Virus record (IMG/VR): IMGVR_UViG_3300025889_000414
Location: 1-35,549 of that record
Length of the DNA: 35,549 bases
Source of the DNA: a virus
Taxonomy: Duplodnaviria; Caudoviricetes
Direction: 5' to 3' (one strand)
The translations under genes were made by a program, and so were the position numbers. The notes beneath the pieces are model-generated. The model worked only from the letters and a program-made list of their open reading frames with translations, was not told where the DNA came from and did not search any database. Positions within the stretch are counted from its first letter, which is position 1, and every line of letters begins with the position of its first letter. Positions 26,192-35,363 of this stretch are shown here, piece after piece.

Positions 26192-27063
26192 GCCCGGATA
26201 TTTGCTTCACGTAAAATCCTCTCACGCTCTGATCTTGGAAGGCGAGACCACTCCTTAGGAGATAATGAAGCAGCTCCGGCAACTGTCAAATCAGGATTGG
26301 AACCGCGCCCAGAAGCCCCGGCAGTCCCTGCATTCCTTGCTTTATTCGCCGCAACCTTTTTAAGGTCAGGCTTTATTTCGTCTGGCACAGATTCCTTTTC
26401 CTCTTCTTTTTTCATCTTGGAATAGCCCATAGACTTTGCATCCGCGTATAATTCCTCTGCCGGATTAAGCCCTTTTTCAACATACCGAGAAGCCTTAACA
26501 AGCAACGCCTCGGCGGTCATTTCCAAAAGTTCTTCATGCGGCAAGCGAGGGTTATCAAACCTCAAATTTTCATACAAACGCGCCCGGTATTGAAGTGCCA
26601 CATCATCATAATCATCAGGCCGTTTAAATTCAGTTTCATAGCGTGAAAATTCACGCATTGCATCCGCCTTTAATTGCTGACGCAACACACGATCTAAAAG
26701 GGGGTCAACTTCAGCCGATGCCTCTTTTTCCTCAATTTGAGGCTTTTCAGCCAATTGCCTTGCGCGGTCTTCCGCTTCTTGCAATTTACGCTCAAGCGCC
26801 CTCTTTTCCCGGCGTTCACGCGCAATAATTAGCTCTTTTTCATCCTTTTCAGGCTTTGCATCATCAGCCTTTTTTTCTTCTTCTTGCTTATCGTCGCTCT
26901 TTTCACCTTCTTTTTCTTCCCCATCGTCTTTTTTATCGTCTTCAATAGGAGTATCTGCTTCTTTCTTGATTTCCTCTTTTTCAAGATCATCATCTTTTTC
27001 ATTGTCATTTTCAGCTTCATCAATCTCTTTTTTCATAGCTTCAAGTTCTTGCATAATCTTCAT
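26188..27063 (-). CDS. Scaffolding protein
   Basis: Highly charged N-terminus, coiled coils, short C-terminal helix; directly upstream of MCP; AGGAG RBS. Confidence 0.8.
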   Translation of the reverse strand: MKIMQELEAMKKEIDEAENDNEKDDDLEKEEIKKEADTPIEDDKKDDGEEKEGEKSDDKQEEEKKADDAKPEKDEKELIIARERREKRALERKLQEAEDRARQLAEKPQIEEKEASAEVDPLLDRVLRQQLKADAMREFSRYETEFKRPDDYDDVALQYRARLYENLRFDNPRLPHEELLEMTAEALLVKASRYVEKGLNPAEELYADAKSMGYSKMKKEEEKESVPDEIKPDLKKVAANKARNAGTAGASGRGSNPDLTVAGAASLSPKEWSRLPRSERERILREANIRA

Positions 27064-27111
27064 GTTTATCTCCTATTTTAAATAATTAACTTATATAAAA
27101 ACAACAGGCAA

Positions 27112-28017
27112 TTACCACCACCATACATAAGCCCGGCCCGGCCCACCAGCGCCACCCGTTCCGGCTGTGACCGAAGCACCACCACCCCCGCCGCCGCAGC
27201 CTATGCCGTCCGTTGACCCGCCGTTTCCTCCGGTTGTCGATCCATTGCCGCCGCCTGTGCCGCCTGCAAAAATAAGCGGTAAATCGCCAAAATTATCAGG
27301 GCCGAAACCCGTTCCTGACACGCCTGCGCCGCCTGCCCCTGACGCAACTCCTGTCCCTCCGTTTAGTGTGGGCAATAAGTCCGTGATGTTTGAAGTTATC
27401 CCGCCACCGTTCACCGCGCCGTTACCTGTCGCACGGCCAGCGCCACCACCCCCGCCGCAAGTCACCATAGAAGATGCTATGGCCGCTGTTCCTGCTGCGC
27501 CTCCCGTTTGGTTCCCGCCAATGCCGCCAGCTTGACCAGCAATCGCTACCCATAGGCCAAGCACACAAAGCGCGCCAAAGCCGGGGGAAAAAATGGTACT
27601 GGCCGCCCCGGCTGCTCCTGCCGCCGCACCTGTTCCTGTACCACCAGCGCCAGCGTCCGCCGCCCCGGAAACTCCGAGGCAATACCCAGCCCCCGTATTC
27701 GGTCTGATTGAACAAAACGTGCGTCCCCCTGCCGCCCCTGCTGCGCCACGAGAAGGAACTTGAAAATACAAAGTGCGCGGTAAAACCGCTGCGGGAACAA
27801 TCATTCTAAACTGTCCGGCGCTACCTCCTCCTCCGCCGCCGCCTCTGGCGCTTCCTTCTGCTGCTGAAAAGCCAGATCCGCCACCAGCCCCCGCGCCAAT
27901 CAGCAAAATCATTAACATTTCCGCTTCTGTCGGAACGTGAAATGGTTGCCACGCGCCCCCAGCCTCGGAAAAAACCCGAAACTGTTTTCTCGGTTGTTGC
28001 GGCAAACCAAAAGACAT
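27112..28017 (-). CDS. Glycine-rich fibre-type protein
   Basis: GAGAGGGSG...GGGGGGS, GCGGGGGG, GAGGPG motifs; visibly GC-rich. Confidence 0.75.
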   Translation of the reverse strand: MSFGLPQQPRKQFRVFSEAGGAWQPFHVPTEAEMLMILLIGAGAGGGSGFSAAEGSARGGGGGGGSAGQFRMIVPAAVLPRTLYFQVPSRGAAGAAGGRTFCSIRPNTGAGYCLGVSGAADAGAGGTGTGAAAGAAGAASTIFSPGFGALCVLGLWVAIAGQAGGIGGNQTGGAAGTAAIASSMVTCGGGGGAGRATGNGAVNGGGITSNITDLLPTLNGGTGVASGAGGAGVSGTGFGPDNFGDLPLIFAGGTGGGNGSTTGGNGGSTDGIGCGGGGGGASVTAGTGGAGGPGRAYVWWW

Positions 28018-28430
28018 TAGAAGTCACCCCCGACACCAGTGACCGCATATCCAGCGGCAACAGTCGTTCCTATCGTGATATTAATTTTATACCCTGCGGG
28101 AACCCAAATATTATTGGCACTCCATTCATAATGAGGTGTTGCGGACACCTCGGATAAGGTCGTTGCGGCCAGCGTTATTTCGCCTATAAGCGTATTATTC
28201 GTGGCTGTTGCATTCGTGCTGCCGTTGTTCAAAAAGATACGGGCAACCGTGGCGGTGTTCGTGCCGAGCGGCCTAAAGATAACCGAGCGTAATAATGATC
28301 CATCCGTAGCCTCGCCTGTAAAAACAGTGACGACAGTTCCCGTACCGTCCTTCGCGGTGTTCGCTGTCGTGATCGTTCCCCATTCAACGCGGGGAGCCAT
28401 TATAAAAGCCGGGTTTGTATTAATTGCCAT
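28017..28430 (-). CDS. Beta-rich partner protein of the glycine-rich protein
   Basis: ANTAKDGTGT, GTNTATVARIFLNNG; TAATG coupling to next gene. Confidence 0.7.
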   Translation of the reverse strand: MAINTNPAFIMAPRVEWGTITTANTAKDGTGTVVTVFTGEATDGSLLRSVIFRPLGTNTATVARIFLNNGSTNATATNNTLIGEITLAATTLSEVSATPHYEWSANNIWVPAGYKINITIGTTVAAGYAVTGVGGDF

Positions 28431-28437
28431 ATTTCAC

Positions 28438-29814
28438 CTATCCTATAATTGATGCCGCTGCCAAAGTTTTACCCCAACCAAGCGCACCTAGCGTTGTTCT
28501 TTGCGCATCAGCATCAGCATCGTCAAGCAATGCCTTTCCTGCTGTTGTTATGTCGCCTCCCAGCTTTGTGGTCGTTACAACGCCCGCGTCGATTGTCCAT
28601 GTAGCCCCTGAGCCTGATACGGTGATATCGCCTTTATCACCGTCTGAAACGCCTCCCCCCGGCGGCGCGGCATACGTGCCATCACCTCTTAAAAAATTGC
28701 TCGTCCCTTGTGCCGTTGACAGCGTGACACCGTTGACCACCTGACCAGCCGGAAGCGTCACCGTTCCCGTAAAAGTCGGACTGGACAGGGGTGCTTTTGC
28801 ATCCAGAGCCGTTTGCAGACCCGTCACCGTCGATATGGCCTGAACACCAGTGTGGTTTGCCCTGTCAAGCAAAAAAGAATCTGGACTGTTTGCCGTCGCA
28901 CCCGTTGCAATCCCGGCCAGCTTCGTTTCCTGCGCCGTGGTAAATGCCGCCGTGGTGTTCGTCAGGACGGTAGCCAATGGCTGCTTCCCATCGAGCGCAG
29001 TTTGCAGACCAGTGACATCTGAAATCGCAACAGCACCAGCATTAATAGTCCATACAGTACCCGATCCAGATACAGTAATATCACCCTTATCGCCATCTGT
29101 TACGCCGCCGCCAGAGGCATTGATAACATAAGGACTAGCCCTAGTCCCCGCACCTGTAATTGTGATATTAGTCCCGGCCTCTAACAACCCCGTGATATTC
29201 TGAATGGTTTGGTTTGAAGTGAACAAACCGCCATACTTTCCCCAGCCCTGACGGACAATCTCTTGGAAGAAATCTTCTATCGTTCCCTTGTTGCCCGAAT
29301 CCTTCCACAATTCATAAGCGGATTTGCCATCATCTCCGTCTTTACCATCCTTGCCATCTTTACCCGGCAATCCCTGAATACCTTGAATTCCCCTGCCGTC
29401 TTTGCCATCATTACCTTTTGGGCCGGGGTCTCCCTTTTCTCCTCGGTCTCCCTTATCGCCCTTTTCCCCTTTTTCGCCCTTAACTCCGTCCTTGCCATTT
29501 AATGCGCCGGAATTAACAATAAAATTAATTTTTTCGTTTACGGTTTTCTCCACCGTGCCACCAATCGCATGGCCCACGATCTTTCCAAGGTCAGTCTCGT
29601 ATCCGCTTTTTTTCCCCAAAAACCCGTCTTTCCCGTCTTTCCCATCAATTCCATCCTTACCGGGCAGCCCCTCCGGGCCGATGTCGCCTTTATCGCCTTT
29701 TTCTCCTTTATCGCCTTTGTCTCCCTTTACTTTCAGGGATTCAAGCCAATCTTCTTCCGTACCTGTAAAGCCTTGATTGACGGCAATTTCATATGCGCTA
29801 TCGCCATCCATCAA
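28438..29814 (-). CDS. Collagen-like fibre protein with phage tail repeats
   Basis: Two Gly-X-Y tracts; two SAYE motifs; two DGDKGDITVSGSG..WTI repeats; two VTGLQTALD repeats. Confidence 0.85.
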   Translation of the reverse strand: MMDGDSAYEIAVNQGFTGTEEDWLESLKVKGDKGDKGEKGDKGDIGPEGLPGKDGIDGKDGKDGFLGKKSGYETDLGKIVGHAIGGTVEKTVNEKINFIVNSGALNGKDGVKGEKGEKGDKGDRGEKGDPGPKGNDGKDGRGIQGIQGLPGKDGKDGKDGDDGKSAYELWKDSGNKGTIEDFFQEIVRQGWGKYGGLFTSNQTIQNITGLLEAGTNITITGAGTRASPYVINASGGGVTDGDKGDITVSGSGTVWTINAGAVAISDVTGLQTALDGKQPLATVLTNTTAAFTTAQETKLAGIATGATANSPDSFLLDRANHTGVQAISTVTGLQTALDAKAPLSSPTFTGTVTLPAGQVVNGVTLSTAQGTSNFLRGDGTYAAPPGGGVSDGDKGDITVSGSGATWTIDAGVVTTTKLGGDITTAGKALLDDADADAQRTTLGALGWGKTLAAASIIG

Positions 29815-31952
29815 ACACCTACGCTTATATTTTCATCAGGGGCATTTTCTGCCATATGCGTTTCAGCGGCGGTTTTTCTTGCTTCTTCCAAAGTTTTAAC
29901 CGTCTGGGCATTTGTTTGTGGTATTTTGGCCTTAATAGCCTCAATATTTGCCATTGTCTGAATTGCTCTGGCCTCAGAGTATTTTGCATCGGCATTCTTT
30001 TTATTGACCTCCGCTTGTGCGGCCTCTGATTGCAACTGCTCAATAATAGCCTGTAGCTGAGCAATGCGAGGGTCTTCCTCCTGCGGCTGCAAGAATTGCA
30101 CAATGCGATTGCGAACATCCCCATCAAGCGGCAAAAAGCGAATGCTTTCAGCATGAATGGCCTTGGCTGTGGCCGCATCTCCAATTGAAAGATATTTATC
30201 TGCCATTCCACCCAAAAGAATAGCCGTTTCTTGCTGGTCTTCCGGCGTTTTTTGCGCCTCTTGAATAGAAACATCATATTCAGGCGCAAGCATATCCTTG
30301 GTTATCTGTTCAAACTCATCTGCCCCATCTTCCCCGGTTATGCGCACCCATTGGCCTTCATTGTTCTCGATCCATACCGGGATTAAATCACCATGCAATC
30401 TAGCATCTTCCTTTTGATAAAGGGTTATGCTGTCAAAATACCGCGCCATCTTGGATATGCACTGCCTGATTTGCCGCTTGTACAAAATGCCAGATTGGGC
30501 ATCTTCGCGCATATTGCCCATGAACTCAGGATTAACGCCATTATCTGATATGGATTGCGCCGTAAGCTGTATAATTCCCTCTAAACCAGTTGGAACTGCG
30601 CCTTGCGCCTTTTGCTGGATTTTTCCGTTACCTAAAGCACCAGAAGCAACAGTGATAACCGCGTCCGTCTTTGACCATTTTGAAGAAAAATCATCAATAT
30701 CCTCAACAGCATCCTCCTCCACCATCACGCCGCCCTTAGAATTGGCGGCAATTGTGAAAAGAAGCTCAGTCAATGCCTTATCTTGATATTTTTGAGGCTC
30801 CATCATCGGATTAACCATGCCCGTCCAGAACTGGCCTTGTTCATTATAAATTCCGGTCTTAAATTTAATAGAAAATCCCTGCTGTGAAATGGATTTGAAT
30901 GTCGCAAAAATATGATTGCCTGAATAAACAGCCGTTTTAAATACCTTGCGCTTAAAACCTACGGGCTGGATTAATTCTCCAAAATCCTGTACCAGCTTTC
31001 TTTTCGTCGCCTCGTCAAAAACAAGAACCTGTGCGGCAGGATCAAACTCAAACATATCTTCTGTCTCTAATCCCTCCGGAGACTGAGACTTAATTTCTGA
31101 TTTTATAACGTCAAGACGCGCCTTGAAAAACAAGGCATCCATTGGATCGGTTGCTTCATATATAGGATTTTCAGCTTTATAAAAGGTTTCATACTCATAC
31201 CATTGATGATTATAAACCCTGACCATATCCTCATCTTTAATGGCCCATTCTACGCAATCCTCAAGCCGTATTTTATCGTACAATCCACCCCAAGGATTAT
31301 ATTCGTATCCTGAATTGTCCTGATCTTCCTCGCCAACCCGCGTAAAGTCCTCTTCAACAGAACCTTGGAATAATTCCAGCGCCTCTTTTAGATCGTAGTC
31401 ATCCCAATAAAAGGCCCAGCGCGCATCAAGCAGGTTCTTTGATCTTGATCTTGCATCCCACCCAACCTTTTTAGGATGTATTCTAACTTTTAAAATCTCC
31501 CCATTCGGGTCAGTCGTTGCATTGCCGGCAATATATGAAAGGTCAGTTTCGGTAGCACCATAACCGCAAATCATCATGTCCGCGTCTTGCTCTGTCTCCA
31601 CCTGATCTGCATTCTCATTCTCACGATGATAATCATACAGCGCATTCATATTTTTAGAATAAAGCTGCTGGCCAGCACTTGAAGACATCCGAGCTATGAA
31701 GGAAGCCTTGCGGCGGTTCTGCGCCATAAACCCGACAACCGTATCAACATTTGGCTGCACCTTGTTAAAATGAACAAGCGCCCTCTTCCTTCGTCCTTCA
31801 GGATCGACGAATTGAATGCGATCCTTATAATCCATCATGTCGCCGTTATAAAAGCTAAAACATGAATCGGTATTTTGATATTGCGCCGTCAAGCCCTGCT
31901 TTGAAGCTTTTCTTTGCTTTTCCAATTTTTTTGCAAGCTTTAAATCAGACAT
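29811..31952 (-). CDS. Portal protein, P22-like
   Basis: 713 aa after TerL; FYNGD, FNKVQPNV..VVG, QSGI, YDVSI motifs; C-terminal coiled-coil barrel. Confidence 0.85.
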   Translation of the reverse strand: MSDLKLAKKLEKQRKASKQGLTAQYQNTDSCFSFYNGDMMDYKDRIQFVDPEGRRKRALVHFNKVQPNVDTVVGFMAQNRRKASFIARMSSSAGQQLYSKNMNALYDYHRENENADQVETEQDADMMICGYGATETDLSYIAGNATTDPNGEILKVRIHPKKVGWDARSRSKNLLDARWAFYWDDYDLKEALELFQGSVEEDFTRVGEEDQDNSGYEYNPWGGLYDKIRLEDCVEWAIKDEDMVRVYNHQWYEYETFYKAENPIYEATDPMDALFFKARLDVIKSEIKSQSPEGLETEDMFEFDPAAQVLVFDEATKRKLVQDFGELIQPVGFKRKVFKTAVYSGNHIFATFKSISQQGFSIKFKTGIYNEQGQFWTGMVNPMMEPQKYQDKALTELLFTIAANSKGGVMVEEDAVEDIDDFSSKWSKTDAVITVASGALGNGKIQQKAQGAVPTGLEGIIQLTAQSISDNGVNPEFMGNMREDAQSGILYKRQIRQCISKMARYFDSITLYQKEDARLHGDLIPVWIENNEGQWVRITGEDGADEFEQITKDMLAPEYDVSIQEAQKTPEDQQETAILLGGMADKYLSIGDAATAKAIHAESIRFLPLDGDVRNRIVQFLQPQEEDPRIAQLQAIIEQLQSEAAQAEVNKKNADAKYSEARAIQTMANIEAIKAKIPQTNAQTVKTLEEARKTAAETHMAENAPDENISVGV

Positions 31953-33505
31953 TAAAAATCCATATAATCGGTATATTCTTTTGACTTTGGCAAATAGGCC
32001 TTTTGCGTCATCGTCAAATTAGGCTTTGGAAAAGACATACTTAAATCAGTTTCATATATTCTTGAAAGGGCATCCAGCATATCATCGAATCTTGCTCTCG
32101 GAAATGTCGCCATTTCAGATTGAATTATTTCCTTGACAAGATCAAATTGCCTTCCCTCACCATCTACATATATCAAACTTTGTGGAAAATACCAACGTCC
32201 ATTTTGCATGTCAGGAATTAAACGGCGTATTCTTTCCTCTTTCGCCATCGTCCCGCCCAGTTCCACAAGCGGGAAATGATAGGCATCTTGCTTCTTTTTG
32301 GCCTCAATGTAATGGGTATCTGCCATCATGCCGTATTTTTCATACCCAACTTTAGGGGGCTTCCCGCACAAATCATTCCATTTTCTGTGGAGCATAAACA
32401 GGGTATCCACCCGCTCAGTCGGGTTCAGGCGGTCCCTGATAATATCAAGCAAATAATAGTTATTATCAGTCCCCAAACCCACCACCATGAAGGCCGTCCA
32501 GTCCGATAGTTTCTTGCGCTTTTTGTTTAACTCCTTACCGCCAGATGGATCAACCAGAATGGCTACATTCATCGTACGCGGCTTAATTGAGCCTTGGGCG
32601 TAGTGTTGCACCCATCCATCACGAAATACGCCGCCACCTATCGGTGCTGGCTCCTGCAATATCTGCCCGACATAGTTATATTCCCCCAAATCTTCGCGCA
32701 ACTCATCAAGAACGGTGCGCGTTAATCGCTGTGGGAATAACAAATCACCATCTTTAAATATCCATTTCTTATCGCCCAATTCATAAACGATATCCTTGCC
32801 CGTTTTATTTTCACCCGGCAATTTCAAAATAAACCAACGATCATCTTTGATTGCCATGTTCCCAGCCGGATCATCGTCATGCAATCGCTGCATAATTAAA
32901 ATCCACTTAGCGTTTCTGGGATCGTTAAACCGTGTGGGTATGGTTGACCTGATCGTGGAGTTTGTATCGTTCCTGATCGTTTCAGAGACTGCCTCTTTCG
33001 GATTGATTGGATCATCCAAAATGCAATATGTAGCGCCCCGGCCAGTAATAGAGAGCATAGCCGCTGAATAATACATTCCTCGGTGTGTTGTCCAAAAATT
33101 ATGCTTTTCGTTTTGCCGTTCATCAATCTTCGTTTCGTGAAACGTGCTTGTGTACCATTCATCACTCATGATGATTCTGGATTTCTGCGCCATCTCTTTT
33201 GCCAGATCAAACTTGTACGAGGTGCAAATAAACTTTTGATACGGCTGATTTCCCATGACCCATGAAGGAAACGCTATAGAGGCCATGAATGTTTTGAGCG
33301 AGCGAGGTGGCACAAGAATTGCCAATCGCTTTTTTCCATCCGGCAATCTATTTTCGTGAAGCGCCTGAAGATGTTCAGCTATGCACTCGATGTGCCAATT
33401 ATCTTCATAAGGTACGCCGGGTTCAAGAATGCTGAAGGCTTTTTGCTGGTAAAAATAAAAACTTTCGCGACAAATTGCCTTCAACAATTCTGATTTGTCT
33501 TCCAT
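31952..33505 (-). CDS. terL: Terminase large subunit
   Basis: NWHI, PPRSLKT Walker A, ILDDP Walker B, IMQRLH.DD, VDPS, SDWTA, DDMLDALS nuclease motifs. Confidence 0.92.
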   Translation of the reverse strand: MEDKSELLKAICRESFYFYQQKAFSILEPGVPYEDNWHIECIAEHLQALHENRLPDGKKRLAILVPPRSLKTFMASIAFPSWVMGNQPYQKFICTSYKFDLAKEMAQKSRIIMSDEWYTSTFHETKIDERQNEKHNFWTTHRGMYYSAAMLSITGRGATYCILDDPINPKEAVSETIRNDTNSTIRSTIPTRFNDPRNAKWILIMQRLHDDDPAGNMAIKDDRWFILKLPGENKTGKDIVYELGDKKWIFKDGDLLFPQRLTRTVLDELREDLGEYNYVGQILQEPAPIGGGVFRDGWVQHYAQGSIKPRTMNVAILVDPSGGKELNKKRKKLSDWTAFMVVGLGTDNNYYLLDIIRDRLNPTERVDTLFMLHRKWNDLCGKPPKVGYEKYGMMADTHYIEAKKKQDAYHFPLVELGGTMAKEERIRRLIPDMQNGRWYFPQSLIYVDGEGRQFDLVKEIIQSEMATFPRARFDDMLDALSRIYETDLSMSFPKPNLTMTQKAYLPKSKEYTDYMDF

Positions 33506-33506
33506 G

Positions 33507-33878
33507 TTACGCCATTATTTTTTCAGCGCACTTCAATAAAATTCGTAAAGGAATACGCACTGATCCTGTATCTTCGCGCTTGCCGTGTTGCATATGCCAG
33601 TGTTCATCATCCCATGTGAATTTCATTCCGCGTTCAATGAACGGCTGTAGCAATTCAAACGCTTCATCCTTTGATGATTTCTTTGATGGTGGCTTAGTCA
33701 TGAGCCGTGCGTCATATTCAGGCTTTGGAGTTTCTGTTTGTTTTTCAGGCAATAATTTTTTTTGTTTTAGCTCTATTGCCTGAATGAGCTGTATGTCTGT
33801 TTTAGAAAAAATATCTTGAACGCCGAATGATTGAGCAATTCCGCGAAGCTGGGTAAGTGATTTATCCCGCAACGTCAT
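33507..33878 (-). CDS. Hypothetical protein with Rho-N/HeH-like N-terminus; paralog of neighbour
   Basis: LRDKSLTQLRGIAQSFGV..DIQLIQAI; C-terminal DD..W...EDTG...LR. Confidence 0.6.
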   Translation of the reverse strand: MTLRDKSLTQLRGIAQSFGVQDIFSKTDIQLIQAIELKQKKLLPEKQTETPKPEYDARLMTKPPSKKSSKDEAFELLQPFIERGMKFTWDDEHWHMQHGKREDTGSVRIPLRILLKCAEKIMA

Positions 33879-33880
33879 GA

Positions 33881-34312
33881 TTACACCAATATATTGCCAG
33901 CATATCCCGTGTATTTACCATCCGCCATTGCACGGAGTGCCCTGCGTCCTTTGGACACGCTTTCAGCTTTCATTTGAATGACGCGAAGCGCAACGGAATT
34001 ATGGCCCGAATCTTCAGCGCCTTTGCATTTGAATGTCCATGTGTCGTCATCGTGAAAGATGGCTTCAAAGCCAGGAACGCCAATATATTTTTCAATCGCT
34101 CCAAGTATTTTTTCTTTGGTGTTAATGTTGCTTGGTTCAACATGCTTCTGTGATGGATGAACCATTTCAGGAATTGGCGATGGTTGAAGTTTCGCCAAAA
34201 TATTATTAATCCGTGTTTCTGTTTTTTCGCGGTGATGTGGCTTAATATCAAGCCGTTGCTCAATCAATTGTAGTTCTTCCGGTGTTTTATTCTCCAGTTC
34301 CTCGCGGTTCAT
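33881..34312 (-). CDS. Hypothetical protein with HeH-like N-terminus; paralog of neighbour
   Basis: LENKTPEELQLIEQRLDI..ETRINNI; C-terminal DD..W...EDSG...LR. Confidence 0.6.
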   Translation of the reverse strand: MNREELENKTPEELQLIEQRLDIKPHHREKTETRINNILAKLQPSPIPEMVHPSQKHVEPSNINTKEKILGAIEKYIGVPGFEAIFHDDDTWTFKCKGAEDSGHNSVALRVIQMKAESVSKGRRALRAMADGKYTGYAGNILV

Positions 34313-34536
34313 TGAACACCCCCAGCATGTGATTTTTCTTCAAGTGCTTTAGTCTGTTTCAGTTCTTCAAGATAGTTTTCCGTTTGTTCGATATCTTCCT
34401 GAACCACGTAAACGTAGTTAATTAGTTCTTTGGCCGCGTCAATGATTGCCGCAGTGGTGACGGCCTCTTTGCCAATTTGCGCGATTGAAATTGCACGATC
34501 AACAGCCCAGCCGCGTAGTTGTGAAGTATAATTCAT
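34309..34536 (-). CDS. Hypothetical protein
   Basis: GGAG RBS; LRGWAVDRA..IIDAAKELINYV helical hairpin. Confidence 0.6.
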   Translation of the reverse strand: MNYTSQLRGWAVDRAISIAQIGKEAVTTAAIIDAAKELINYVYVVQEDIEQTENYLEELKQTKALEEKSHAGGVQ

Positions 34537-34569
34537 ATTTTTAAATCTCCATGAGTTTGTAAAACAGTT

Positions 34570-35019
34570 TCATATTTTTTCATTAAAAGCAAGAAACCGA
34601 TTAATTATTTCTTGATCTGTTTCTGAAATTTGTTTGACCTCTATTTCCCCTCCATCCGGCCCGGATAGTTCATGGCCTGTGATTTCCTTCCATCCACCGC
34701 GCCGTGAAAGCCAGTATTCGGCGGCGCGTTGTGCGTCCTTGTGATCATCCGATAGGGCGCGGGTAGTCACCTTGTTGGCGATTCGGCTTGTGATTTCTGC
34801 GCGGCCAACTTTAATTTCAAAACTATAATATCTAGTAAGCGTATCGTGTGAAATGCCGATAATGTCAGCGATGTCCTCATTGCGATTTCCGAAAGCAACC
34901 AACCTTTTGACAAGTTCACGATCTTCATCGGTTGGCACATGTGGGGGGGTTTTTGAGAACCCTTTAATATTTCCCCTGCCTCTTTTCTTTCTTATAGAAA
35001 CACGCTTAACATCTTCCAT
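34570..35019 (-). CDS. terS: Terminase small subunit (HTH)
   Basis: HVPTDEDR, HTH NEDIADIIGISHDTLTRYY, AAEYWLSRRGGWKE, ELSGPDGGEI; start uncertain (no clear RBS). Confidence 0.8.
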   Translation of the reverse strand: MEDVKRVSIRKKRGRGNIKGFSKTPPHVPTDEDRELVKRLVAFGNRNEDIADIIGISHDTLTRYYSFEIKVGRAEITSRIANKVTTRALSDDHKDAQRAAEYWLSRRGGWKEITGHELSGPDGGEIEVKQISETDQEIINRFLAFNEKI

Positions 35020-35068
35020 GCCATAATATTTCACATTATTTCTGGTCAAGGCAAGTGAAAAATTTTAT

Positions 35069-35349
35069 TAAGTGATCAATCCTTTATTGTCCTTTAACAA
35101 TCCTTAATTAATTTAATAATAAAATCAATGTTTTAACATTAATAAAGGACTGTCCCCTAAAAATTAGTATCGGTATATCTATCCCTCCCCATGCCTATAT
35201 CTTTACATATAAACATACTCCTATATATAAATATATATATAGATATAGATATATATTTTAAGGGATAATCCTTTATATATAAATTTCTCTTAATTCTATT
35301 GACTTCTTTTTAAAGGACTGATAAAGGAAATTAAAGGATTAGTCCTTTA
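35069..35349. repeat. Two-fold symmetric TAAAGGA/TCCTTTA heptamer array around an AT-rich core; candidate replication origin or packaging site
   Basis: 12 exact or degenerate heptamers in 6 mirror pairs centred on 35209. Confidence 0.8.
35123..35135 (+). promoter_or_regulatory. IHF consensus site
   Basis: AATCAATGTTTTA matches WATCAANNNNTTR, with an A/T tract upstream. Confidence 0.5.
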
Positions 35350-35363
35350 ATAACGGAGATTAT

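Noticed and set aside
27167-27535. Proline-rich + strand ORF (also 14216-14803 and 29402-29776)
   Set aside because: Antisense shadows of Gly-rich or collagen genes (GGN codons read as Pro); no independent signals
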